From IMG/VR virus record IMGVR_UViG_3300002038_000008, positions 1 to 64,000 of that record: DNA of 64,000 nt. The stretch is one strand, 5' to 3'. The position numbers and the translations under genes were made by a program. The notes below the pieces were generated by a model. It ran no database searches. It had not been told where the DNA came from and saw only the letters and a list, made by a program, of their open reading frames with translations. Shown piece after piece: positions 1-6,992 of this stretch (positions are counted from its first letter, which is position 1; each line of letters starts with the position of its first letter). Source of the stretch: a virus.

Positions 1-140
1 ACATTGTAGCATCGATTGCATAGTTTGGTACCCTCGTATTCAGTAGGAAGGCCACAAAGTGTGCAATCTACCCAGCTCAGGCCCCGGGATTCCAGCTCAC
101 TGATGATACTGTTCCTCATATAGTCAGGAAACTCGGTCAT
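1..140 (-). CDS. hypothetical protein, N-terminal part only (gene runs off left edge); CxxC...CxxC Zn-ribbon-like
   Basis: Own minus-strand translation from ATG 140-138: MTEFPDYMRNSIISELESRGLSWVDCTLCGLPTEYEGTKLCNRCYN...; ATG overlaps stop of upstream ORF as TAATG. Confidence 0.3.
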   Translation of the reverse strand, partial: MTEFPDYMRNSIISELESRGLSWVDCTLCGLPTEYEGTKLCNRCYN

Positions 141-355
141 TATAGATACCCCACAAAGATGTCGTACTCGTCGTATATCTCTAATACCCACATGTCATTA
201 TACCAATCCTCTACCTTAAACATTTTGTAGGTGAAGTACCCGACCTCTTGGTTGTAGGCATCGGCAGCATCTTTTGCCAAATCTGGGTCGTAGAATTTAC
301 GAGCACTCTTTAGCTGAATTTCAGAATAATGCACGTCATAGTAGTCTCTAATCAT
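140..355 (-). CDS. hypothetical protein (71 aa)
   Basis: ORF track; member of tightly packed leftward small-gene array; no recognisable motif. Confidence 0.5.
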   Translation of the reverse strand: MIRDYYDVHYSEIQLKSARKFYDPDLAKDAADAYNQEVGYFTYKMFKVEDWYNDMWVLEIYDEYDIFVGYL

Positions 356-491
356 TTTGAAGTATCCTCCAGGCCCTATCTTGAGTAGTGTTCTGAATCT
401 CTTTAACCCTGAGTCTAGTTAATTCTTTAACGGAAAAGTACGTTACTCCGTAACTCAAGACCATAATCAATACAATTGTTACAGTAAGCAT
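348..491 (-). CDS. small membrane protein (47 aa), not in ORF track
   Basis: Own translation MLTVTIVLIMVLSYGVTYFSVKELTRLRVKEIQNTTQDRAWRILQND; N-terminal hydrophobic helix; start overlaps upstream stop (TAATG), stop overlaps next ATG. Confidence 0.35.
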   Translation of the reverse strand: MLTVTIVLIMVLSYGVTYFSVKELTRLRVKEIQNTTQDRAWRILQND

Positions 492-709
492 TATTCTTCA
501 TTCTCCCATAGGCTTCTTAGTACTTCGTATACTTCTTCTCCCTCATCACTCATTAGGAACTTCACCAAGTCTGACGTAGCTCCGTGTCTGGATACCTCTG
601 GTACTTGTTCTATGACACTCATCAAAGAGCACTCTACAGCACCTTCTACTGTGTGATACTCCAAACCACTTCTAGAAACATAAAGTTCAACTAGTTGCTT
701 TTTAATCAT
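491..709 (-). CDS. hypothetical protein (72 aa)
   Basis: ORF track; 4-nt overlap with upstream HNH gene. Confidence 0.5.
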   Translation of the reverse strand: MIKKQLVELYVSRSGLEYHTVEGAVECSLMSVIEQVPEVSRHGATSDLVKFLMSDEGEEVYEVLRSLWENEE

Positions 710-1044
710 TCTGTATCCTCGTAATCTGTCATCGTAATCAGGTCGTGGAGAGCCTCGAATTTAATTTGCTCTTCAAGAGTGGGCATTCTATCAGACTTTG
801 TAGAGTTACATCCACTGCAAGAAAGTACTGTGTTCTCTACTGAGTTACTCCCTTGCTTAGACTTGGGGACAAAGTGATCGACTGACATCTTTCTCTTTTT
901 ACCCTTTTTTGTCATGGTAACCCCACAGTAGAAGCATCGACCCTCTTGAAGTGCTCTCATAAGGGCACGTTTGTGGTCGTTCCTTACGGGGTAGCTTCTT
1001 AGCCTCCCCTCTTTGTACCTTACGATAGGTTTATTAAATATCAC
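706..1044 (-). CDS. HNH endonuclease
   Basis: CFYCG...VDHFVPKSKQGSNSVENTVLSCSGCNSTK = HNH beta-beta-alpha-Me motif flanked by two Cys pairs. ORF is open to 1161 but that overlaps the upstream gene; an in-frame GTG at 1044 sits 2 nt after the upstream stop, so start is uncertain. Confidence 0.8.
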   Translation of the reverse strand: MIFNKPIVRYKEGRLRSYPVRNDHKRALMRALQEGRCFYCGVTMTKKGKKRKMSVDHFVPKSKQGSNSVENTVLSCSGCNSTKSDRMPTLEEQIKFEALHDLITMTDYEDTE

Positions 1045-1045
1045 G

Positions 1046-1546
1046 CTACCGTTCCACGTCTTCTCTAGTGACGTTGTCGCAGACATACTCACTGATGTCA
1101 CCGTCTGTGCAGAGAGCATCGGTCCAGTCATTAAATCCCTCGTTAAGAGCAATTTCGTCATCTTCTCCGTACTTCTCTACTATCATTGCCCTAACTTCCG
1201 GCCACTGGTCTCGGAGTAGTTTCTCCTCTTCCTCTCTTTGCTCGTTGGTTTCAACTACTTTGTGGACTAGTTCCTCGCAGGAGTACCATACCATTAAATT
1301 TTTAAACGATAGCAGGGAGTTGTCTAAGTTTTTGCACCCTCCGAGCAGCTCAAAAACGTTATCGTAACCGCAATTTTCTGCTTGTTCTCCGACTAATTCA
1401 AACAACTCGTCCTCAAATTCATCAAAGATCTTTGTTGTATCCTTATAGTACGTAATGTAAGGAAACCCAGATGAGCACCCGTAAGTAGCTATGTCTTCTA
1501 CGTAGTCCCCGAGGTGCTCGTCGAACCAATCTTTAAATGTGGTCAT
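1046..1546 (-). CDS. hypothetical, strongly acidic early protein (166 aa)
   Basis: ORF track; D/E-rich runs (FDEFEDELFELVGEQAE, EQREEEEK, GEDDEIALNEGFNDWTD). Confidence 0.6.
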   Translation of the reverse strand: MTTFKDWFDEHLGDYVEDIATYGCSSGFPYITYYKDTTKIFDEFEDELFELVGEQAENCGYDNVFELLGGCKNLDNSLLSFKNLMVWYSCEELVHKVVETNEQREEEEKLLRDQWPEVRAMIVEKYGEDDEIALNEGFNDWTDALCTDGDISEYVCDNVTREDVER

Positions 1547-1578
1547 TTGTGCTCTCCTCTAGAAATCATTTCATACTC

Positions 1579-1953
1579 CTAAACTATGTCTATAGTTCCG
1601 TCGCTATACTGGTGTAACGCAATACCTTTGTAAGATGACTTGTCACACCACTCTGTTAGCAAGTCTCCATAATAGGGCCAAGACCCGTCCCAAAACCCCG
1701 CATCAGAACTAGTTAGTGTTAACCAGAGATCATAAGCTGCCATTTTAATTCTTAATCGTGGGTCTGCTTCTTTGAAGAACTCTAGAAGTACTAAGTGTCT
1801 GTTATCATCCCAAAACTCCGAGCAAAGCGCCCTAAGTTGTCCGTAGCACTCATTTGACATTTCTTCCCAGTGCCAGGATTCCCCGCAGGGCTCGCTATAA
1901 ACAAGTGCTGTATCTAAAAACGCTTCGAATAACACCTTTTCCCACTTCGTCAT
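1579..1953 (-). CDS. hypothetical protein (124 aa), Trp-rich
   Basis: ORF track; DLWLTLTSSDAGFWDGSW motif; no function recognised. Confidence 0.55.
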   Translation of the reverse strand: MTKWEKVLFEAFLDTALVYSEPCGESWHWEEMSNECYGQLRALCSEFWDDNRHLVLLEFFKEADPRLRIKMAAYDLWLTLTSSDAGFWDGSWPYYGDLLTEWCDKSSYKGIALHQYSDGTIDIV

Positions 1954-1986
1954 TGTACTCTCTCCTACTACTCTAATGAACTAATC

Positions 1987-2133
1987 CTACTCCCCTCGGG
2001 TTCTCGGTGTCAATAGATTTCTGAGGTTTTCTTTCACTGAATCGAGGGTTTCAGGGTTCTCAGGGACGAGCCTGACCGGTGGGTTATCGTCGGTGTAGTA
2101 GAGCGTGTTTATTTTGTTCCAGAGAGTTTTCAT
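1987..2133 (-). CDS. small hypothetical protein (48 aa), not in ORF track
   Basis: Own translation MKTLWNKINTLYYTDDNPPVRLVPENPETLDSVKENLRNLLTPRTRGE; AAGGAA about 8 nt upstream of ATG; fills an otherwise empty gap. Confidence 0.35.
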   Translation of the reverse strand: MKTLWNKINTLYYTDDNPPVRLVPENPETLDSVKENLRNLLTPRTRGE

Positions 2134-2146
2134 AGTCGAGGTTCCT

Positions 2147-2335
2147 TTAGTGTGGGATCATTATCTCTCCACAGTGCAGGCAATACTGTGACGAGGATCC
2201 CAAACCAATAAAAAAGCCCTCACTAAGGCGGGCTCTCTGAGAGGAGTAGTTGAGGTTTACAATAGGCTCTTGCGTAATTCCTGGTAACTGTCCTCTGATA
2301 ACTCGCTTGCATGTTTTGTATTTGCAGATCTTCAT
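2147..2335 (-). CDS. hypothetical protein (62 aa), possible Zn-ribbon
   Basis: ORF track; CKYKTC ... CLHCG Cys pairs; 4-nt overlap with upstream gene. Confidence 0.45.
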   Translation of the reverse strand: MKICKYKTCKRVIRGQLPGITQEPIVNLNYSSQRARLSEGFFIGLGSSSQYCLHCGEIMIPH

Positions 2336-2646
2336 TCTTGCTCAAGGCTCCTTTTTAGTTCTTCATAGCTCTCCTGTGAGAGTCTAATTAATTTTCCATC
2401 GATGTTAATGGTGTGGTCCTGCTCAAGCTCAAAGAACTGCTTCAGCGTTAACTCTTGATGAATACTACTTCTATACTTATCCTCCTCTATACCATAGGTG
2501 TGGTGAATTTTATTACCCTCGACAGAGTACCTGTAGATAAATGATGCAGTCACGTTAGACAAAAGAAAGCATTTGGACACCGCTTCTCTTACCTCTTCGG
2601 GAAGAAAAGAGATATCTACTTTACCTGTTGTGTACTTATATCTCAT
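2332..2646 (-). CDS. hypothetical protein (104 aa), tandem paralog A
   Basis: ORF track; shares KVDISFLPEEVR / TLKQFFE / INIDGKLIRLSQESYEELKRSL pattern with neighbour 2643..2951. Confidence 0.6.
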   Translation of the reverse strand: MRYKYTTGKVDISFLPEEVREAVSKCFLLSNVTASFIYRYSVEGNKIHHTYGIEEDKYRSSIHQELTLKQFFELEQDHTINIDGKLIRLSQESYEELKRSLEQE

Positions 2647-2951
2647 AGTAGGCTACTCTTCAGCTGCTTAAAACTCTCCTCTGACAGTTCTATACTCTTG
2701 CCGTCAATCTGTATAACGTGCACTTTCTCTTCTTCGAAGAACTCCTTTAGAGTTGCTTCCTTGTGTACGTGTTTGTCGAAGTTTATTCTGAGTGATGCTG
2801 ATAGGTGCGTTCCGTCTTTATATCTAAAAAGGAAGTCATCTTCGTTGGAGCAGCTATGATAGTTTAGTACGACTTTCCTGACTTCTTTCGGTAGCCAAGA
2901 AATGTCCACTTTGCAGGTCTTGTACTTGTAATTTGGTGTCTTAGTTGTCAT
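2643..2951 (-). CDS. hypothetical protein (102 aa), tandem paralog B
   Basis: ORF track; KVDISWLPKEVR / TLKEFFE / IQIDGKSIELSEESFKQLKSSL matches neighbour. Confidence 0.6.
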   Translation of the reverse strand: MTTKTPNYKYKTCKVDISWLPKEVRKVVLNYHSCSNEDDFLFRYKDGTHLSASLRINFDKHVHKEATLKEFFEEEKVHVIQIDGKSIELSEESFKQLKSSLL

Positions 2952-2960
2952 TGTGCTCTC

Positions 2961-3053
2961 TTATACATTGTATTTTTCGGCCTTGCTCTGAAACTCCACG
3001 TCTGGATTGCCACATTCCGGGCAGCGTACTTTTACTGTGTCGAACAGTCCCAT
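2961..3053 (-). CDS. tiny ORF (30 aa) with CPECG half Zn-ribbon, not in ORF track
   Basis: Own translation MGLFDTVKVRCPECGNPDVEFQSKAEKYNV; ATG overlaps upstream stop as TAATG. Confidence 0.25.
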   Translation of the reverse strand: MGLFDTVKVRCPECGNPDVEFQSKAEKYNV

Positions 3054-3280
3054 TATACTAATTCTCCTTTCTCTTGCAGGCTAGCCAGTGCTTGCCGGAT
3101 AATATCAAGATCTTCAAGACCGAAGCCTTCTGTGTGAGATTCCAGATACCAGTTGTTATCTTTTCCTCTTGAAGGAACCAAATAACCTAGAATGTAGCCG
3201 TCGTTCAAGGCAACTTTGTAGACTTGGCCAGGGTTCTCTGTGAAGTCCAAGTGACCAACGCGGAGATGTTTAGTGTTCAT
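3053..3280 (-). CDS. hypothetical protein (75 aa)
   Basis: ORF track. Confidence 0.55.
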   Translation of the reverse strand: MNTKHLRVGHLDFTENPGQVYKVALNDGYILGYLVPSRGKDNNWYLESHTEGFGLEDLDIIRQALASLQEKGELV

Positions 3281-3324
3281 TTTTATTACCTATAGTTGCT
3301 GTTCGCATCTAGCATATTAGCACG

Positions 3325-3531
3325 TCACAGGTCCTTTTTCAGTGCCTGGAAGAACATAAAATCGCTATATAAGCCAGTCCGAGTTCGGCTCACGTGTGGA
3401 ACTACTTGGAGGGAACCCTGGGGTTTCCATCCTCTCTTTAGGTGTTGATTAACTATCTCTTCTGCACCGTGTTGGAATGCAGAGGATACGATAGTGTACT
3501 CAGGGTGTCTTTCTTTTATTGGTACTGGCAT
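3325..3531 (-). CDS. hypothetical protein (68 aa), first gene of leftward array
   Basis: ORF track; AAGGAG about 10 nt upstream of the ATG (reverse complement of 3542-3547). Confidence 0.55.
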   Translation of the reverse strand: MPVPIKERHPEYTIVSSAFQHGAEEIVNQHLKRGWKPQGSLQVVPHVSRTRTGLYSDFMFFQALKKDL

Positions 3532-3566
3532 TTTTCTTGTGCTCCTTTCAATTACATCCCGCGCGG

Positions 3567-3596
3567 ATCATATCACCAAAGGCAGGCACGATACAA
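3567..3596 (-). promoter_or_regulatory. candidate sigma70-type leftward promoter (TTGTAT-18 nt-TATGAT with extended TG)
   Basis: Reverse complement reads TTGTAT cgtgcctgcctttggTGa TATGAT, about 20-25 nt upstream of the RBS of 3325..3531. Confidence 0.3.
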
Positions 3597-4229
3597 GCTC
3601 TGGAGCACAGCAATACACTGTACGTTGCAATACCTCAGACTCTAATTGACCTAGTCCGAGGACTGGCAACAACTAGATAAGGCCGTCCGAATACCCCGAT
3701 TGAGTACGCCGATACCCGATATTGGTACTACCTCAGATGTCAGGGGATGCAGTGAAAGGGGTATTTTCCGCCTTATATTGGTGTCCAAATAGGGCCGTTT
3801 CGTTGCCTCAAATGGGTGTGGGGTGGAACAATGGACTGTTGATGGTACTGTAGTCGCTCCTCCCAACCCACTGCAAGTCCTTGAAATCATTGAGTATTCT
3901 TCTATATTGTATACAAACTGGACAGCAGCGCAGCACACGAGGAAGAGCAAAAACAAGCCAGGGGATGGTCCACACAGAACAGGGACTCCGGTCCCGAATC
4001 CGAACCCACTGCCCACCCTTCCGCTGTGTCACGGATATAGGTATATATAAATGACCCTATACCGGGGAGATTCTGTAGGTTTATCAAGGGCTTAGAAGCA
4101 CGTAACGACAGGGGAACGTCCGACGTTTTATTTTGCCTCCCTTTCCGAAGGAGAACAGATACCGTATAATAATTAGTCAGCCCGTCTCTAAGGGACGGCT
4201 GAAGCTAGAACGAAACTCCGTGAGGTAAA
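3597..4229. other. ORF-poor divergent control region; candidate structured RNA and/or origin
   Basis: Only mutually overlapping, RBS-less ORFs on both strands. G-rich block (~3740-3830) and C-rich block (~3960-4025). Direct repeats CAGGGGATG (3741, 3959), AACCCACTGC (3865, 4003), ATACCC(C)GAT (3691, 3712). Hairpins 3982-3995 and 4032-4064. Terminator-like hairpin plus TTTTATTTT at 4115-4134. TATAAT at 4165-4170. Confidence 0.4.
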
Positions 4230-4874
4230 ATGAAAATGAAGGAGGCCCAGAGAGACTGTCGTTTGCTTCTTTTGAACGAAAGAGGGAACTTATTGTCTAA
4301 TGTACGTATGAATAAAAAAAGTAGAATCCTCGGTCTAGAGGACCTCGATACGGCACGGAGTAAGTCCCATTCGAGGAAAGTTAAAGAAGGTATCCAGAAA
4401 CGGGAGCAGAAGAAGCTCCGTAAGCGTCTGAGGTACATCAAGACGCGAGAAAAGGCAGAGTTGCAGGGTACCCCTTGGTCAGAGTACCAATGGGGCACAG
4501 AGAGGCTCAGGGGCCTCAAGGCCCAATCTCGTCAGAAGGGAAAGTACAGAAAGAAAGCAGAGAAGCTAGCCTACCTCCTTTTCGGGGTAGTCAAACCCCG
4601 GAAACTTCAAGGTAACCATTCTCGTCACTACGAGGAATGGGAACTCAAGATGAACTTCATAACTCAAGGATGGGATCCTTGGACAGGATCCATAGATCCA
4701 GATTCCCCCTTCAAGAGGGGAAGATGGGACCTCGATGTAGAGGATTGGAAGAAGTTGTGGAGCAACTTCCCTGACAGTTTACGTAATTCGTACAGGATTC
4801 GAAGGATAAATCCTGAAGAATCATATACTTATGAGAACTTAATAGTAGAACGGTTACCGAAGAAAGGTAATTAA
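4230..4874 (+). CDS. hypothetical, very basic (K/R-rich) protein with Trp-rich C-terminal domain (214 aa)
   Basis: ORF track; GAGG 4 nt upstream of the ATG; N-terminal ~130 aa Lys/Arg-rich; C-terminus SYRIRRINPEESYTYENLIVE. Confidence 0.5.
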   Translation: MKMKEAQRDCRLLLLNERGNLLSNVRMNKKSRILGLEDLDTARSKSHSRKVKEGIQKREQKKLRKRLRYIKTREKAELQGTPWSEYQWGTERLRGLKAQSRQKGKYRKKAEKLAYLLFGVVKPRKLQGNHSRHYEEWELKMNFITQGWDPWTGSIDPDSPFKRGRWDLDVEDWKKLWSNFPDSLRNSYRIRRINPEESYTYENLIVERLPKKGN

Positions 4875-5043
4875 TTTGTGAATTAATTCCTGAATTCGGG
4901 AACTTGTTATTCTTTTTTGGTGTCTAAATAATGGAACTTATTAGTTGTTAGTGAGTAGGTAGTTAACTCTTAAATCAATTCCTTGGGGGATTGATTAGCT
5001 ACTTTAGAAAGAGTTGACTGGCTACGAACTTACAACTACTAGG

Positions 5044-5078
5044 CTAGAGAGATCGCCCTCTGAGGGAGGGCTCTCTAG
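5044..5078 (+). promoter_or_regulatory. strong imperfect hairpin in 245-nt intergenic region
   Basis: CTAGAGA(g atc)GCCCTC tgagg GAGGGC TCTCTAG: 7 + 6 bp with a small bulge. Confidence 0.35.
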
Positions 5079-5120
5079 ACTACTAACTAGTACTAATTCT
5101 TTTATGTGGAGATCTGTCAA

Positions 5121-5750
5121 ATGAATGTGGATTTACGAGCTCTGTTAGATTCTATTGAGGATCTCCAGGAACAGTTTGAGTTCATCGCGGCTCAACTTCG
5201 GCAAGAAGTACCGGACGACCCCGAAGGGGACGACGAAGTGGTCATTATTGACCCACCTCCGGGCAACGCCCCTGATGAGGACGGGGCCGTTGTACTTTCT
5301 GAGTACACGGACTACGTCGCACAGAAAAAGGCCCGATACTACAACAAGCCCTCGGTCGTAGCGGCCATCGAAGAGAAGAAATTTGATCGGTTTCTCTGGC
5401 ACGACATGCCCCACCTGACGGAGGAGCAGCGCCGGATGGTTCAGGCCAACGGTGATTCCAGCCAGAGTTGGTTCAAGCGCCTGTTCGCCGGGTCTAAGCC
5501 CGGGTGGCAAATCCGTAAGTTTAAGCGGATCGCACGGTTCAATCCCAATTCGGACACCGATATTGAGATCCCGCGCACGGCAGTGCTCTATGACAATACG
5601 TTCACTGTAACTCCGGGGAACAAGGCCTACGATAAGCGGGTACCCTGGGACAAGGGACGCGTACTCGGAGAGGCCAAGACTCACCTGGACCGACGAATCC
5701 AAGATGCCCTGAACGCTCTCGTACAAATTGAAGGCCAACGCCGGGGTTGA
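5121..5750 (+). CDS. hypothetical protein (~209 aa), acidic N-terminus
   Basis: ORF track (opens at GTG 5106; first ATG at 5121 has GGAG 9 nt upstream). A fully overlapping antisense ORF exists, but the plus-strand product looks protein-like. Confidence 0.5.
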   Translation: MNVDLRALLDSIEDLQEQFEFIAAQLRQEVPDDPEGDDEVVIIDPPPGNAPDEDGAVVLSEYTDYVAQKKARYYNKPSVVAAIEEKKFDRFLWHDMPHLTEEQRRMVQANGDSSQSWFKRLFAGSKPGWQIRKFKRIARFNPNSDTDIEIPRTAVLYDNTFTVTPGNKAYDKRVPWDKGRVLGEAKTHLDRRIQDALNALVQIEGQRRG

Positions 5751-5775
5751 CAAATGGATCCTATTGTAATATAGT
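5747..5775 (+). promoter_or_regulatory. near-consensus sigma70-type promoter TTGACA-17 nt-TATAGT
   Basis: ggggTTGACAaatggatcctattgtaaTATAGTatac; the -35 overlaps the stop of the upstream ORF; followed by ~300 nt without credible coding. Confidence 0.45.
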
Positions 5776-6076
5776 ATACTGAGTGCAAGGAGCCACATAG
5801 CCACATAGCCAATCCTGTTTGACTGACCAGACAAGAACTGGTCGGCACCAGGAAGCACTAGCCTTTCGGGGTTAGTGCGTAATATTTAACAGCACAATCG
5901 AGCCGGAGTAGTCACCGGAACGGCCCGTGCGGGGCTCCGACAGAAAGGAGACAAGGGCAAAAATTAGACAGGACCTAGAGAACCGGAGGACCACGTGCAC
6001 TCGGAGTTTCGCTACTACGAACCGCTCGTCGGGTACCTCTGGTTCTCGGGACCGACTCTACAGAAGGGAGCGCACT

Positions 6077-6235
6077 ATGGAGTATGACGAACAAAAACGT
6101 AAGGCTGAGGCACTACGGATATTTCAGGAGGCCCGAAGAGAGCACCTGGTAGCTGTCCTAGAAGAATACCTAAATAGTGAAGAGTACTTAAACAGTAAGG
6201 GTCGAGAGTGCCAGACTGAAGTGACCACCGATTAA
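6077..6235 (+). CDS. small hypothetical protein (52 aa)
   Basis: ATG 6077 preceded by GAAGGGAG about 7 nt upstream; product MEYDEQKRKAEALRIFQEARREHLVAVLEEYLNSEEYLNSKGRECQTEVTTD. The track's GTG-5927 extension is Arg/Ser-rich junk. Confidence 0.45.
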   Translation: MEYDEQKRKAEALRIFQEARREHLVAVLEEYLNSEEYLNSKGRECQTEVTTD

Positions 6236-6276
6236 GAATTTAACTAACTTGTTTTTAGAAGGGAACACGTTATATT

Positions 6277-6618
6277 ATGCCGAACTGGTATCGCTACGAA
6301 AATAGTATTATTAACCTAGATTTAGTTTACTCTGTAACATACTCAGAGCCTCGTGATATTACGTACTTTAAGACGACCGAATGTGACTACGATTGGGAAA
6401 TGGAAGGTGACCACACGGAGGCCATCCTAAATAATGGAGTCGAGCAGGTTGAGCAAAGCGAGATAGACGCGGAGTTGGATGCCGCTGTGCAGGAAGCCTA
6501 CGAGAATTTACAACGGGAATCGGCTGAGCGTATCCACGAGATGGAAGACACCACCGAGAGTCTCCGAGCTGATACGATGAATTACTTGCACAAGTACTGC
6601 TCGGGGCTACGAGATTGA
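6277..6618 (+). CDS. hypothetical protein (113 aa)
   Basis: ORF track; first gene of a coupled run ending in the HslV-like genes. Confidence 0.55.
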   Translation: MPNWYRYENSIINLDLVYSVTYSEPRDITYFKTTECDYDWEMEGDHTEAILNNGVEQVEQSEIDAELDAAVQEAYENLQRESAERIHEMEDTTESLRADTMNYLHKYCSGLRD

Positions 6619-6992
6619 GCTCCTCTCGTGCTGAAAACGTAAGTTCCGGTCGCAGTGTCACGGAAGTGAGTATTAGCGGAGAATGGCTCCACTACTTCGA
6701 GACCAATGTAGAAGCTAAAACCGTAGATTATGAGTTTCGAGTACCAATAAAAAACATAGAAAGTTTAGAATCTTTTTATCAGAAGGATTCTTCCTGGAAA
6801 GAGTTCCTTACGTGGTACACGGTGCTATACACCGGGTCCAGAAGCTACGATCTTCTTGGAGTTGAGTCTAGCACCATACTTTCCTTGCTGGATGCCTACG
6901 AAGAGGTAAATATTCCAAATTATTCTTTCTACGAGGTAGATTGGGAAAAGAACAAAAAATACACCTCCGAACTGGAGCCCGAGAAGTTGTGA
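6615..6992 (+). CDS. hypothetical protein (~125 aa; TTG start uncertain)
   Basis: ORF track; TTG at 6615 overlaps upstream TGA (TTGA); its stop overlaps the GTG start of the next gene. Confidence 0.5.
   Translation: MSSSRAENVSSGRSVTEVSISGEWLHYFETNVEAKTVDYEFRVPIKNIESLESFYQKDSSWKEFLTWYTVLYTGSRSYDLLGVESSTILSLLDAYEEVNIPNYSFYEVDWEKNKKYTSELEPEKL

Noticed and set aside
3651-4087. Four overlapping ORFs (3651..4016-, 3808..4032-, 3902..4087-, 3823..4050+) in the hub
   Set aside because: They overlap one another in different frames and strands, have no Shine-Dalgarno sequences, and give Pro/Gly/Cys/Ser-rich nonsense-like products. I treated the region as non-coding.
5145-5858. 237-aa minus-strand ORF fully antisense to gene 5121..5750
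   Set aside because: It sits in the rightward arm with no RBS, and its product is a Leu/Arg/Pro/Gly-rich, low-information sequence. The plus-strand product looks like a real protein (acidic N-terminus, mixed composition). This is a typical shadow ORF in a locally GC-richer segment. Still, the coding strand here is the least certain in the window.
5927-6076. N-terminal 50 codons of track ORF 5927..6235
   Set aside because: It has a GTG start without an RBS and an Arg/Ser/Thr-rich product, and the region folds into strong stems. ATG 6077 has a GAAGGGAG RBS.
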